Positions 54,473 through 64,000 of a stretch of 64,000 nt of DNA are shown in pieces. Positions within the stretch are counted from its first letter, which is position 1, and every line of letters begins with the position of its first letter. This DNA comes from Candidatus Bathyarchaeota archaeon (GTDB lineage: Archaea > Thermoproteota > Bathyarchaeia > Bathyarchaeales > Bathycorpusculaceae). The notes under the pieces were generated by a model. The model was not told the DNA's origin, searched no databases, and saw nothing but the letters and a program-made list of their open reading frames with translations. Both the position numbers and the translations under genes were made by a program. The stretch spans positions 384,001 through 448,000 of the forward strand of contig CAWAKC010000003.1 in NCBI GenBank assembly GCA_963782525.1, in the 5' to 3' direction.

Positions 54473-54637
54473 AGCGCGCATGGTTGTTCCGAAATTGGTT
54501 AAAAGTGGTCAATTCTCATTTTTGCTCTCACTCATGCTGAATAGTTCCATTCAAAGAACATGCTTTAGCATGAGACCTAAACGCCAAAAGCGGACTTTTA
54601 ACCATTTATAACCATTTTAGGAACACCCACGCGCGCT
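54473..54637. mobile_element. 165-bp MITE-like element
   Basis: 37-bp imperfect terminal inverted repeats (31/37 match), internal palindrome CTCATGCT..AGCATGAG, no ORF. Confidence 0.7.
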
Positions 54638-54910
54638 GGCTAAACCTTAAAGCAATTGTCATAGAGAGTTTGCATTTGCTCTTTTCTCTTAAATTGTTCA
54701 GAGCCTAAGCAAACCTCTTCTTTTTTTGCATAAACAAAACTGTATTAGAATTGATACGGAGCAATTTAGGAATTACAAGTCGAGACCATTTGGAAATGGC
54801 AGACCCACAACTTAGAACTTAGGAGTCTATCCTCTGTTTTCTTCCTTTCCTGGGGGTTGCAGGGGATGCCAGCCAAACCCTCGGTGCTTTTACAGTAGTG
54901 ATTGGAGTTT

Positions 54911-55086
54911 ATCATCGGTCAGGACATTATCCCTTCTGATGTGTATTCTATTATTCAGTTAAGGCATAAGATTTTTGGGAATAGAGTCTATAAGGATTTG
55001 ATATCGACGAATACATCTGCCAGGGCTGTCGAAATGAGGCCACTTACTCAAATGAGAAGTTGCTGCTGCTGATGCTGCTGCAAATC
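54911..55086 (+). repeat. direct repeat, copy 1
   Basis: 54954-55086 nearly identical to 63868-64000; ATCATCGGTCA also repeated at the same 8914-bp offset. Confidence 0.9.
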
Positions 55087-55209
55087 GATTTTGCACATTG
55101 ACTGTTGCATCTATCAAAACTAAACTCATATTACAGCATTTAATCTGAGCCCTTGGTCGGCAGCATGTTTTTATCTTACAAAAACAGTATACTTTTTTGG
55201 TAATACTAA

Positions 55210-55440
55210 ATGTGTGCACAAGCAACTGTTTGCGCAAAAGTTCCTGCCGAACTTAAAGAAAAATTAGCCAGCTTAGGGGTGAATGTAAGCGAGCTAATAC
55301 GTGAACATCTGCAAGCAGAAGTAGACCGCTTGGAAAAAGAGCGCCTACAAAAAACTGCCCACGAAGTATCAGCTATCCTAAAAAAGATTCCACCAGAAGA
55401 ATTCATTGAATCCGTTAGAGCCACCAGGGAAAGTAGATGA
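55210..55440 (+). CDS. vapB: VapB/CcdA-like RHH antitoxin
   Basis: TVCAKVPAELKEKL..LGVNVSELIR; overlaps PIN start. Confidence 0.8.
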   Translation: MCAQATVCAKVPAELKEKLASLGVNVSELIREHLQAEVDRLEKERLQKTAHEVSAILKKIPPEEFIESVRATRESR

Positions 55441-55865
55441 CGCAGCCCAAATTGCTATTTGACGCCAATGCCATCTATAACCTCATTAGAGAGGATCCAA
55501 ATGATGCCGTAGATATATTGACTGAAGGCGCAACAATCCAATTAGCATACTACGAGCTCGGCAACGCCTTGTGGCGAGAATGCCTTCTGCTTAAAAGAAT
55601 AAGCGTACAAGAGGCTGATAAGTCACTTTGTTTTATGTACGAAATTCTAAAACGAATGCAGATAGCATCACTGGATATTGACACGGGGCGCCAAGTGTTG
55701 GATGTAGCTTGTAAATTTAATTTGACGTTTTATGACTCAGCTTATCTTACTGAGGCAAAGAAATCTAACACGCCTTTGGTTACCGACGATAAGAAACTTG
55801 CCCGGGCAGCAGAAAACTTTGGCATAAAAACATTCTCCAGCATGGCTACTGTAAACAACCGATAG
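55437..55865 (+). CDS. vapC: VapC PIN toxin
   Basis: LFDANA, YELGNALW, LTFYDSAY, LVTDD. Confidence 0.9.
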   Translation: MTQPKLLFDANAIYNLIREDPNDAVDILTEGATIQLAYYELGNALWRECLLLKRISVQEADKSLCFMYEILKRMQIASLDIDTGRQVLDVACKFNLTFYDSAYLTEAKKSNTPLVTDDKKLARAAENFGIKTFSSMATVNNR

Positions 55866-55872
55866 CATGGAC

Positions 55873-56184
55873 TTATGCCAACTCAACGGTTAACCTGTAA
55901 ACTTCAAACAGAGGCTCGTAGATGATGCCTTCGTTTAGGCAATCTTTAATGAGCTGCTCAGTTTCTTGCGGTTTAGTTTTTGCTTCTATTATAATATCTG
56001 ACTTTTTCGCACCGTATTCTCCACTTGAGTGATATTTTCGGATTATTCTGATAATATCGCGGTATTTCACATTTAGCGATACCAAGTTTTCATTCCCTGA
56101 TATTGGACTGGCAAGCAAATCTGCCCACACGTCATAAACATATTCAAAATTCCACTTAAAGAACGCATCAAAGACTTTAGACAC
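55873..56184 (-). CDS. hypothetical, C-terminal winged helix (possibly truncated)
   Basis: LIKDCLNEGIIYEP resembles MCM/RPA-type wH tails. Confidence 0.5.
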   Translation of the reverse strand: MSKVFDAFFKWNFEYVYDVWADLLASPISGNENLVSLNVKYRDIIRIIRKYHSSGEYGAKKSDIIIEAKTKPQETEQLIKDCLNEGIIYEPLFEVYRLTVELA

Positions 56185-56682
56185 AACTTGAGGGTTAGCA
56201 ATTCTGATTATTTTCTCTTCATAATTTTGGTTTTTGATTGCTTGTTCTATGTTTTTTCTTTGTTTGTTCTTTTTAGGTGGATCAGATCAAGACAATCACA
56301 ACTTCCAGGTTTCGGCTAATAAGGAAATACTAGTAACTGCTAACCGGTTTGTATGCGAGCGCCGTCTTTGGAGAGGGTTCACTTTAAAGTTTCATAACAA
56401 CTTTTAATTGCATTAACAGAAAAAACGAAAGCAACCAATTTTATGTTAAAGGAGCGATATCTATTTGTGTCTAATGTCTAATTACTACAAGAACCAGTCC
56501 TAACCTTGAACCCAATCCAGACCAGACTTTGTGAAATAAAACGAAAAAACAATCGCTAACTAAACAGCTCTATTTTCAATTGAAATAGGGTTCTGTAAAA
56601 AATGTTCTCTCTCTTTTGATGCGTTTGAGGCATTCTGCATAAAATATTAATACTCAATCATACATATACTAATCCGCAAGAA

Positions 56683-57456
56683 TTGTCGATGTTCCAAAGT
56701 TTTCCCATTAAAAAAATTATTTTTGGGGGAAAAACGGTGATTGTTAGAGCCGGATTAATTAGAAACATCAAAGTTGTTACCAAAGACAATAAATCCCTTG
56801 GCACCCTCGTCAACATCATTTTCAGCACTAACCCGAAATTACTCGGACGGGCAAAAATTCTTATTTTTCCTGAATTGGTGAACTCGCTGAAAGAAGAATT
56901 GATTGATGCGGTTATTGAAGTAGCAGGCAATAGCATAGCAGATAACATAAATGTTAAGTCCGCTAAAAAAACTATAGAAAACACAACCAACAAAGTGAAC
57001 GAACTTGTCAAGCGGGGCTTTAGCAAAGAAGAAGCAGAAAGAATCGCCAAGTTCTACCTCGTTCCAATTACTAAAGTTTCGGCTATAAAAGAAAGACAGC
57101 AACTAGTCTTGAACGAAGCCTTCCAAGATATCGATTCGGACTTTTGCTTCACAGATAAGCAATCGGTCTCCGAAGAAGAGAAAGCCTTCTACTGCGGTGG
57201 TGCGCCAAATGACGGTCGGTTGTGGTCATGCTCCCTAAACCTCACTCATATGCAGAATTTGCCGGTGGAAGATCCAAGCGGAGAAGGCGGCGAAATCGAG
57301 AGCATTGAGATGGACACTTCCGCTGGTATAGTGAAAAATCTAATTGTTTCAACTGTAGGCGAATCTGCAGGAAGGTACCTTGTTAACTTAAAAGAATTTG
57401 ACTTCACGAAAATGGCAAGTTCAAAAGCCTTCAAAGACTGCGATTTGTGTTCCTAA
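56683..57456 (+). CDS. PRC-barrel-like protein
   Basis: VVTKDNKSLGTLVNIIF and VEDPSGEGGEIESIEMDTSAGIVKNLIV. Confidence 0.5.
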   Translation: MSMFQSFPIKKIIFGGKTVIVRAGLIRNIKVVTKDNKSLGTLVNIIFSTNPKLLGRAKILIFPELVNSLKEELIDAVIEVAGNSIADNINVKSAKKTIENTTNKVNELVKRGFSKEEAERIAKFYLVPITKVSAIKERQQLVLNEAFQDIDSDFCFTDKQSVSEEEKAFYCGGAPNDGRLWSCSLNLTHMQNLPVEDPSGEGGEIESIEMDTSAGIVKNLIVSTVGESAGRYLVNLKEFDFTKMASSKAFKDCDLCS

Positions 57457-57557
57457 CTAACTAAAGCCTTCGTCGGAGACTGAAACCGAACAGCTCACAG
57501 ATACCAAGAAGACGCAATCAAACTCGCATCTCATTTACCTCGAAAGGAGAATAGAAT

Positions 57558-60500
57558 ATGAGTAAAGAAAGAGGTAAACCAACGATAACCCCAATTGAAG
57601 CCCAAATAAGGGCGAATCTTGGGGCAGAAGCATCAGCAGCGAGCATACACCCAACAAGAACAACGAGATTTGCTCCTTACTCTACTCGAGTCTTCAAAAA
57701 AATATGCGCTTCTCCTTTGACTCTGCGAAAAAATAAAAGCGGGATGCACAGAAAAATCTTAGGATACGTTATTCTGTTTCTTATCTGCATATCTATTGCT
57801 CTAGTAATGACACCCTCGGTGGTTGAGGCTGCTAATTTTTCAACCAACGCATACATTTGGGTAGAGCCTTCAATTATCGGTGTTGGCCAAAAAGTCGAGA
57901 TTTCGATGTCGGTTTACCCATTCCCTCCAACCGGGAATGTTTTCCATAATTACAGAGTCATCATTACGAAACCTGATGGAGTTAATGAAACATTAGGGCC
58001 TTTCTCGTCTGACACTACAGGATTTGCAGCCACACAATATGTGGCACAACAAGTTGGCACCTTCCACGCGCAGTTTTTTTTTCAAAGAGAAGTTTTCAAT
58101 GGAGGAGATAGCTACAACGCCAGCGTTAGTAGCTCCACAACGTTCATTGTACAACAAAACCCTGTGAGTATGCATTTGACTATTGCTATTTCGGGTTCAG
58201 GTTCCACTAACCCCGTTCCAGGCGTTTATAGTTACAACCCCGGCGACAACGTTTCAGTTACTGCTCTGCCCGCTCCTGGCTGGATTTTTTCATACTGGGG
58301 AGATGAAAGCAACTCCAATCCGTACAACCTGACGATGTTTGCAGACAAGTATTTGGAAGCATATTTCACACAGATTCAATACAGTTTAAACAACACAGTC
58401 ACCGGTTCAGGCACCATCAATCCCTCTCCTGGAATCCATCAATATGCATCAGGTACAGTTGTGAATGTAAGTGCGACCCCCAATTCAGGATGGATTCTTA
58501 GTTCCTTGATGCTAAACGGTGTTAACGTTGGTTCTGCTAGTCCTTACTACTTATTGATGGATGCTAACAAGACCTTGACGGCTGTGTTCACACCGATCCC
58601 CTCCAGTTTGAACATCACAGTTACCGGTTCAGGAACCACTAATCCTGCTCTTGGAATACATCAATACACACCGGGTACGGTTGTGAGCGTCAATGCAATC
58701 CCTGGTTCGGGATGGAGTTTTGGCTACTGGATGCTAAACGGAGTGAATGTTAGTTCTTTTAGTCCTTACTCTGTAACGATGGATGCAAATAAGACCTTGA
58801 CAGCAGTTTTCACACAAAATCTCTACAGCTTGAACATCACAGTTACCGGTTCAGGAACCACTAATCCAACACCCGGAGTTCACCAATACCTATCAGGCAC
58901 AATCGTGAGTGCCAGCGCCACCCCAACATCAGGATGGACCCTTAGTTCCTGGACCTTAAACGGAGTCAATGTGGGGTCCGGCAATCCATACTCCGTAACG
59001 ATGGATGCCAACAAGACTTTAACAGCAGTGTTCGTTCCGATTCAGTACAGGTTGACCACATCAGTTAGCGGTTCGGGTACCATTAGTCCTGCTCCTGGAA
59101 GCTACCAATATCAATCAGGTGCAGTTGTGAATGTAACCGCAACCCCAAATTCAGGATGGATGCTTAGCTCCCTGGTGCTTAACGGTGTTAATGTTAGTTC
59201 TGTTAGTCCTTACTACCTGTCGATGGATTCTAACGATTCCTTGACAGCAGTGTTCACCCAAATCCCATACACTTTGAACATCTCGGTCACCGGCTCAGGA
59301 ACCACGAATCCTACACCTGCAGTTCGCCAATACCTATCAGGTACAGTAGTAGGCGTCAGTGCCATCCCGTCATCTGGATGGACACTAAGTAGCTGGATGC
59401 TAAACGGAGTAAACGAAGGCATCAATAGTCCTTACACCGTAACAATGGATGCCGACAAAACCCTCACAGCTGTATTCACACAACAACCTGCCTACACCTT
59501 AAGCACTGTAGTGTCTGGCTCAGGCAACATCAGCCCTGACCCTGGAGGTCACCAATATGCGGCAGGCACAGCTGTAAGCGTTAGTGCGGCTCCAGCTTCA
59601 GGTTGGACATTCAGTTACTGGCTGCTCAACGGGGTCAACGTTGGTAGCACTTCTACCTACACCGTTTCAATGAACGCTGACAATACATTAACAGCGGTAT
59701 TCAAGCAACAGCCCCCCTTAACAGCTCAACTGACTATTAGCGTCCAAGGATCTGGCAGCACCAGTCCAGCCGTCGGCAATCATACTTATGACTTGGGCAC
59801 CTCCCTGCAGGTTACAGCTCAACCCAATGCAAACTGGAGCTTTAACTGTTGGCTGCTCAACAACAATAACATCAGCCAAGCCCTCAACTACTTAGTGACG
59901 ATGAACGGTGATCAATCCTTAGTCGCTATATTCCAACAGAACAATTTACGTCCAAGCGCCGTGATCGATTCCATCGGACCCAGTTCAGCCACAGTTGGAC
60001 AACAAGTTACCCTCAGTGGCCACGGAAATGACACTGACGGCGTCATCACAGGATATCGCTGGATCTCAGACATCGATGGGTTGCTTAGCACTTTGCCCAG
60101 TTTCTCCATTAGTAATCTCTCAGTGGGGACCCACAGGATATCCTTCCAAGTGCAAGACAACAACGGAGACTGGTCAATCAAAAGCGAACAAGCCATAACG
60201 ATTGAAGAATCAACGTCTCTGAGTCTGGTGGCGATTTCAGTTGCTGCAGTGGCAGGATCCATAATCCTAACCGGTGGCCTGATTCTTTTCCGAGGCAAAC
60301 TGAGCAATTTTTTCAGATCCAAAGTTAGATTCAAAAAAAACACCGATACCGAAAACCAAAAAGAAAAAGAAGAAAAGAAGAAAAAGCAGAAAGAAAAAAA
60401 TTCCCTAGAATTGAATGCTACTCTACCCCCAAGAATAATGGAATCAAGACTATATGATGCCCAAATCAACGTAAAGAACACAGGCAACTCTAACGTAAAA

Positions 60501-61313
60501 GATATCGTGATTAGGGCTCAAGCTACACCCGGAATTTCAATAAGCAGAAACGAAAGAACAATACGCTCTCTTAAGGCGGGCAAAAATTCTAACCAAGTTT
60601 TTCAATTTCAAGGTGAAAAACACATAGACAGGGGACACTATGTTCTGAGATTTGACATGAAGAGTCAAGTAACTTCAGAACAGACCAAGAGCAGCTTCAC
60701 GAGGGCTGTTAAGATCGGTGTTCTATCCGACCAGAAAAACTCACAACAAGAAGTGTACAAGCGCTGGTTAAGCAAACATTCCTACGCTTGGGATGAACTA
60801 AATGATGCAGATGACCTGTGCAATTGCCTTTTGAACTATAATTTACTGATCCTTTCTCCTGAAGTAGAACTGAAAAAGCAGTGGGAAAACAACATCGTAA
60901 AATTCGTCAAAAGCGGTCAATCCCTGCTAATCCTCAGCAGCAATATGTTGGCTCGACCAGAATCCTTGGCGAATGCGTTAGGATACGCAGACATGAACTA
61001 TGAGGTTGTCAATTCCAGTCAACTGCCCATAAGAGTACTCAATCAACATCCCATTGTTTCAGAATTTAGCCCAGGAGAACAACTAAACCTGAAGAACTGC
61101 ACAGGCGATGTGTGCGTCTCCAAGAACAGCACAGGCATCGTCGTCGCAGAATATCCCAGCGTCAACGGGAAGCCCAACATACCAGCCATCATAGCTAAAG
61201 AGGATAAAGGAAAGGTAGTCTACTTCAACTTCCACGCCCCACCACAATTCGACACTCTGCTAAAAAACACCATAGAATGGCTTCTGGAAACGACAGAAAA
61301 TCCCCAACAATGA
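57558..61313 (+). CDS. large membrane-anchored surface protein: about 8 divergent InlB-B-type repeats, PKD, TM, CARDB-like and GATase-like domains
   Basis: Signal peptide (likely start 57743), repeats SGSGTxxP..A.P.SGW..W..NG..MDANKTL.AVF, TM near 60230-60290. Confidence 0.85.
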   Translation: MSKERGKPTITPIEAQIRANLGAEASAASIHPTRTTRFAPYSTRVFKKICASPLTLRKNKSGMHRKILGYVILFLICISIALVMTPSVVEAANFSTNAYIWVEPSIIGVGQKVEISMSVYPFPPTGNVFHNYRVIITKPDGVNETLGPFSSDTTGFAATQYVAQQVGTFHAQFFFQREVFNGGDSYNASVSSSTTFIVQQNPVSMHLTIAISGSGSTNPVPGVYSYNPGDNVSVTALPAPGWIFSYWGDESNSNPYNLTMFADKYLEAYFTQIQYSLNNTVTGSGTINPSPGIHQYASGTVVNVSATPNSGWILSSLMLNGVNVGSASPYYLLMDANKTLTAVFTPIPSSLNITVTGSGTTNPALGIHQYTPGTVVSVNAIPGSGWSFGYWMLNGVNVSSFSPYSVTMDANKTLTAVFTQNLYSLNITVTGSGTTNPTPGVHQYLSGTIVSASATPTSGWTLSSWTLNGVNVGSGNPYSVTMDANKTLTAVFVPIQYRLTTSVSGSGTISPAPGSYQYQSGAVVNVTATPNSGWMLSSLVLNGVNVSSVSPYYLSMDSNDSLTAVFTQIPYTLNISVTGSGTTNPTPAVRQYLSGTVVGVSAIPSSGWTLSSWMLNGVNEGINSPYTVTMDADKTLTAVFTQQPAYTLSTVVSGSGNISPDPGGHQYAAGTAVSVSAAPASGWTFSYWLLNGVNVGSTSTYTVSMNADNTLTAVFKQQPPLTAQLTISVQGSGSTSPAVGNHTYDLGTSLQVTAQPNANWSFNCWLLNNNNISQALNYLVTMNGDQSLVAIFQQNNLRPSAVIDSIGPSSATVGQQVTLSGHGNDTDGVITGYRWISDIDGLLSTLPSFSISNLSVGTHRISFQVQDNNGDWSIKSEQAITIEESTSLSLVAISVAAVAGSIILTGGLILFRGKLSNFFRSKVRFKKNTDTENQKEKEEKKKKQKEKNSLELNATLPPRIMESRLYDAQINVKNTGNSNVKDIVIRAQATPGISISRNERTIRSLKAGKNSNQVFQFQGEKHIDRGHYVLRFDMKSQVTSEQTKSSFTRAVKIGVLSDQKNSQQEVYKRWLSKHSYAWDELNDADDLCNCLLNYNLLILSPEVELKKQWENNIVKFVKSGQSLLILSSNMLARPESLANALGYADMNYEVVNSSQLPIRVLNQHPIVSEFSPGEQLNLKNCTGDVCVSKNSTGIVVAEYPSVNGKPNIPAIIAKEDKGKVVYFNFHAPPQFDTLLKNTIEWLLETTENPQQ
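58170..59937 (+). repeat. intragenic tandem repeats, about 222-bp period
   Basis: ACAGT(C/T)ACCGGTTCAGG at 58395, 58617, 58839. Confidence 0.85.
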
Positions 61314-61388
61314 CAGCTAAGAGCTCTGCAAGTTGATTAGAGATTCATAAAGCATAAGCCTTAAGAACCGAACTAAATCAGGAACGCA

Positions 61389-61655
61389 ATGACGACGCCT
61401 GATTCAATCCCTAACCATAGAAGTGACTTTATCTTCCACTTTTTAGGCCTTAGCTGCATAGGCGGCGCAATAATCCTCCAAGTTGTGATGTTTTCAAGCA
61501 TTCTTTTCCAAGGATACTTTCGGGGGGTGGAGAATAATCCAACTATTCTCGCGTTCGAAATTGTGCTTACAGCCTACGGGTTTCTTTATTTTATATACAT
61601 GTATCAGCGGTTGATCCGCTCGTTCAAACAAACGCTAACCAACAGAAAAAAATAG
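61389..61655 (+). CDS. small two-TM membrane protein
   Basis: Two hydrophobic segments. Confidence 0.7.
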   Translation: MTTPDSIPNHRSDFIFHFLGLSCIGGAIILQVVMFSSILFQGYFRGVENNPTILAFEIVLTAYGFLYFIYMYQRLIRSFKQTLTNRKK

Positions 61656-62716
61656 CATTTTCTTTTAATACCTAAAGAGAATTTCCTACGAGTTCTTAGG
61701 GTTAGCCACAATTCTTTCTAGCCAACCTCCAGACATATTTTCTGTCACCAACTCCTCAAAGTGAGCTAGAAAATATTTGATTTGAATTAAGATTTATTTT
61801 AATAAAAAGCGCTAAGGCGCTATTTAATTTGAGGCATCAGAGGCTGCAAGCTATAGTGAGGGTGTTTAGGGCGTGTTTTTCTGAATGTAATCTTCCACCT
61901 GTTGCCCAGTTGCTTTTTGGAGATTCATAGATCACTATTTGGCCGGCTTCTTTTGGCATAAAGCAAATTTAACAGTTCAATTTCTTGAGCAGTTAAAAAT
62001 TGTTTTTCATTGTAGGGCACAATCTTTTGCTTAGATCTTCTTTATGAATGCTTAGTATTTTCTCGGTTGTTTCGTCGAGAAAACATTCGTGTATCGACTG
62101 ATTCTTGGTCTCCATGAACCTTGTTCTTAACGAATTCTCGTTTTTCAAGTCCACACACACAACAAAAGAAACCGCCTTGTGCACCCCTAAGTATTGCACC
62201 ACCACACCGGGAACAACTGTCAGAATTACTGTTGCTATACGACATTAAGCTCTATAGACCAGATATTTTAGAAGACATATTTAATTTTTGGCATAACTCA
62301 AAATTGTAGTACCAAGGTGTTGGTTCTGTAACTGCTTCTCAGTCAACCTTGACCACTACATTTGAAAATCGAGCATAAATCATCATTATCGATTACTTGA
62401 TTTTTTCCAAACCAGGATTAAATACCATATCGATAGCTAATATGACTGTATATTTACCGCTTATTGCCTTTCTAAAGAACGACTGGTTTTGTGTATGCTG
62501 ATGTTTCGGTAAGGAATTGAGTTTCCGCCTTGTTGAGTGTAGATGTTAGGTACTCTTCGGCTCGGGTTGCCACAACTTGGAAAAGTCTTTAAAAAGGCTG
62601 CCTTAAAAATTGGTTCTCTCTTTTGATAACGTTAGACTGCATTTTCCTTCCTTAGTTCTAATATGGATTCAGAAGAAACAGATGTTATATCGCAATTGAA
62701 ATAATAGTAAGGTGAC

Positions 62717-63811
62717 ATGCAATATTATTGTAACGTTTGCAAGCAAGCGATAAGTCAAGCGGAATATATGTATTCCAAAAACAATTTTACAAAACCGCTC
62801 TGTCGTGATCACCAAGTCATAGCTCGAGAAAGAGGAAATTATTCAAAAGCTGATCCAAAAACTAAAAGTTTGGATGAAGTAATTTTTAATTCAAGAGTTT
62901 TGGACAACTCAAATTCAAGCTCAATGCAGAATGAATTGAAGTTAGAAATACTTTTGAAAGATTCAAGAGCAATTAGAATAGCAAAAGCCATTCCGATAGA
63001 AAATAGAAATGAAGTCATCGAAAAATACATAATTCTGGGAGAGATGGTCGCTTCTCATGCCTCTATAAGCACCAACAAAGAAACAGTCGCTGAATTTTTT
63101 TCACCATTGACAAATGATATTGACATGATAAGGGAACAGTTGAGAATGATTGTTCCAGTAATTGCTGCTCCAGCAGCCAAAGGAAAAATGACCGTGGACG
63201 TAGTTTTTGAGAGCTTAAAGGAACATTTTATGGATGATTCTTTTGAAGATGTTTCAAAAATAGGCAAGTGTGCTGATATTCTGGCTACAACTGCAGATTC
63301 AGGGATTCCAATTCTAATCGAACTCAAAGATTATAGTAATGTCGTGCCGGTTGTTGAAGTGGAGAAGTTTTGGCGAGATATCGAGCGACGAGGAACTAAG
63401 TATGGCATTTTCATTTCAATGCGGACTGGCATAGCTAAGTGTTCAAGCTGCATCAGCGTTAAAACTGAAATGAATAAGACAGCTGTTTTCATCAACAACA
63501 GCGAACTAAACTGGTCAGGCCATCTTTTCGCCTATTATGTTATCAAAAAGATAGCTGAATTGGAATCAGCTAAGAGAAAAGAATTGAACGGTCAAGAAAT
63601 CGGTCAGGTTCTTGCGAAAGTTAACAAACATATTCTTGACTTAAAAAGACATTTAGAATCAATCGATAAGATCGAAGATGTTGCTGATAGTCTAAGGACT
63701 ACATGCAAAAAGAAACTAGACGAATTGATAAACGTCTCTAATACTTTAAAGAGAAACATGAACGATGAAATAGACGCGACAATTTCCGATTTGACAACCA
63801 TTGAACCCTGA
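62717..63811 (+). CDS. Zn-ribbon + PD-(D/E)xK nuclease-like coiled-coil protein (RmuC/DUF2130-like)
   Basis: CNVC..C..H; ADI..ILIELKDY..EVEKFWRD; coiled-coil tail. Confidence 0.6.
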   Translation: MQYYCNVCKQAISQAEYMYSKNNFTKPLCRDHQVIARERGNYSKADPKTKSLDEVIFNSRVLDNSNSSSMQNELKLEILLKDSRAIRIAKAIPIENRNEVIEKYIILGEMVASHASISTNKETVAEFFSPLTNDIDMIREQLRMIVPVIAAPAAKGKMTVDVVFESLKEHFMDDSFEDVSKIGKCADILATTADSGIPILIELKDYSNVVPVVEVEKFWRDIERRGTKYGIFISMRTGIAKCSSCISVKTEMNKTAVFINNSELNWSGHLFAYYVIKKIAELESAKRKELNGQEIGQVLAKVNKHILDLKRHLESIDKIEDVADSLRTTCKKKLDELINVSNTLKRNMNDEIDATISDLTTIEP

Positions 63812-63824
63812 TTACTTCGGATCA

Positions 63825-64000
63825 ATCATCGGTCATCAGTAACTCCGAGCTACTCTATACCTAATTCTTCAGTCAAGGCATAAGAATTTTGGGAATAGAG
63901 TCTATAAGGATTTGATATCGACGAATACATCTGCCACGGCTGTCGAAATGAGGCCACTTACTCAAAAGAGATGTTGCTGCTGCTGATGCTGCTGCAAATC
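63825..64000 (+). repeat. direct repeat, copy 2 (runs off window end)
   Basis: Matches 54911-55086. Confidence 0.9.

Noticed and set aside
58170-59937. DGR template/variable repeats
   Set aside because: In-frame tandem domain repeats, no adenine-specific pattern noticed, no reverse transcriptase
61993-62245. Zn-ribbon-like overlapping short ORFs
   Set aside because: Possibly a frameshifted small gene, but support is insufficient

Overview
AT-rich archaeal-type window. Tandem PAC2 chaperones, VapBC/UPF0175 TA pairs, a STAND-TPR regulator and TATA-like promoters suggest Bathyarchaeia (inference). About 1.9-32 kb is an accessory/integrated region marked by several tRNA 3'-end scars. It holds a plasmid/virus-like replication module with a divergent wHTH switch, three phased operators and an unusual family of trinucleotide-arm inverted repeats. 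A large defence island follows. Block 1 is Vsr, an NgoPII-like REase, an M.HaeIII-like C5-MTase and a degenerate tRNA-Ile. Next comes an operon of SNF2 helicase, sacsin-type GHKL ATPase with an HNH-like tail, and a giant DEAH helicase-DUF1998 probably fused to PLD; it resembles DISARM/Dpd but matches neither. Block 2 is Vsr, C5-MTase, a GHKL-histidine kinase fusion and a REC-HEPN-like protein. Many island genes are broken by indels (decay or consensus error). The rest contains a UvrD-nuclease, TA modules, an SF1 helicase, PAC2 pair, surface proteins, a MITE, repeated micro-Zn-finger genes and a direct repeat running off the window end.
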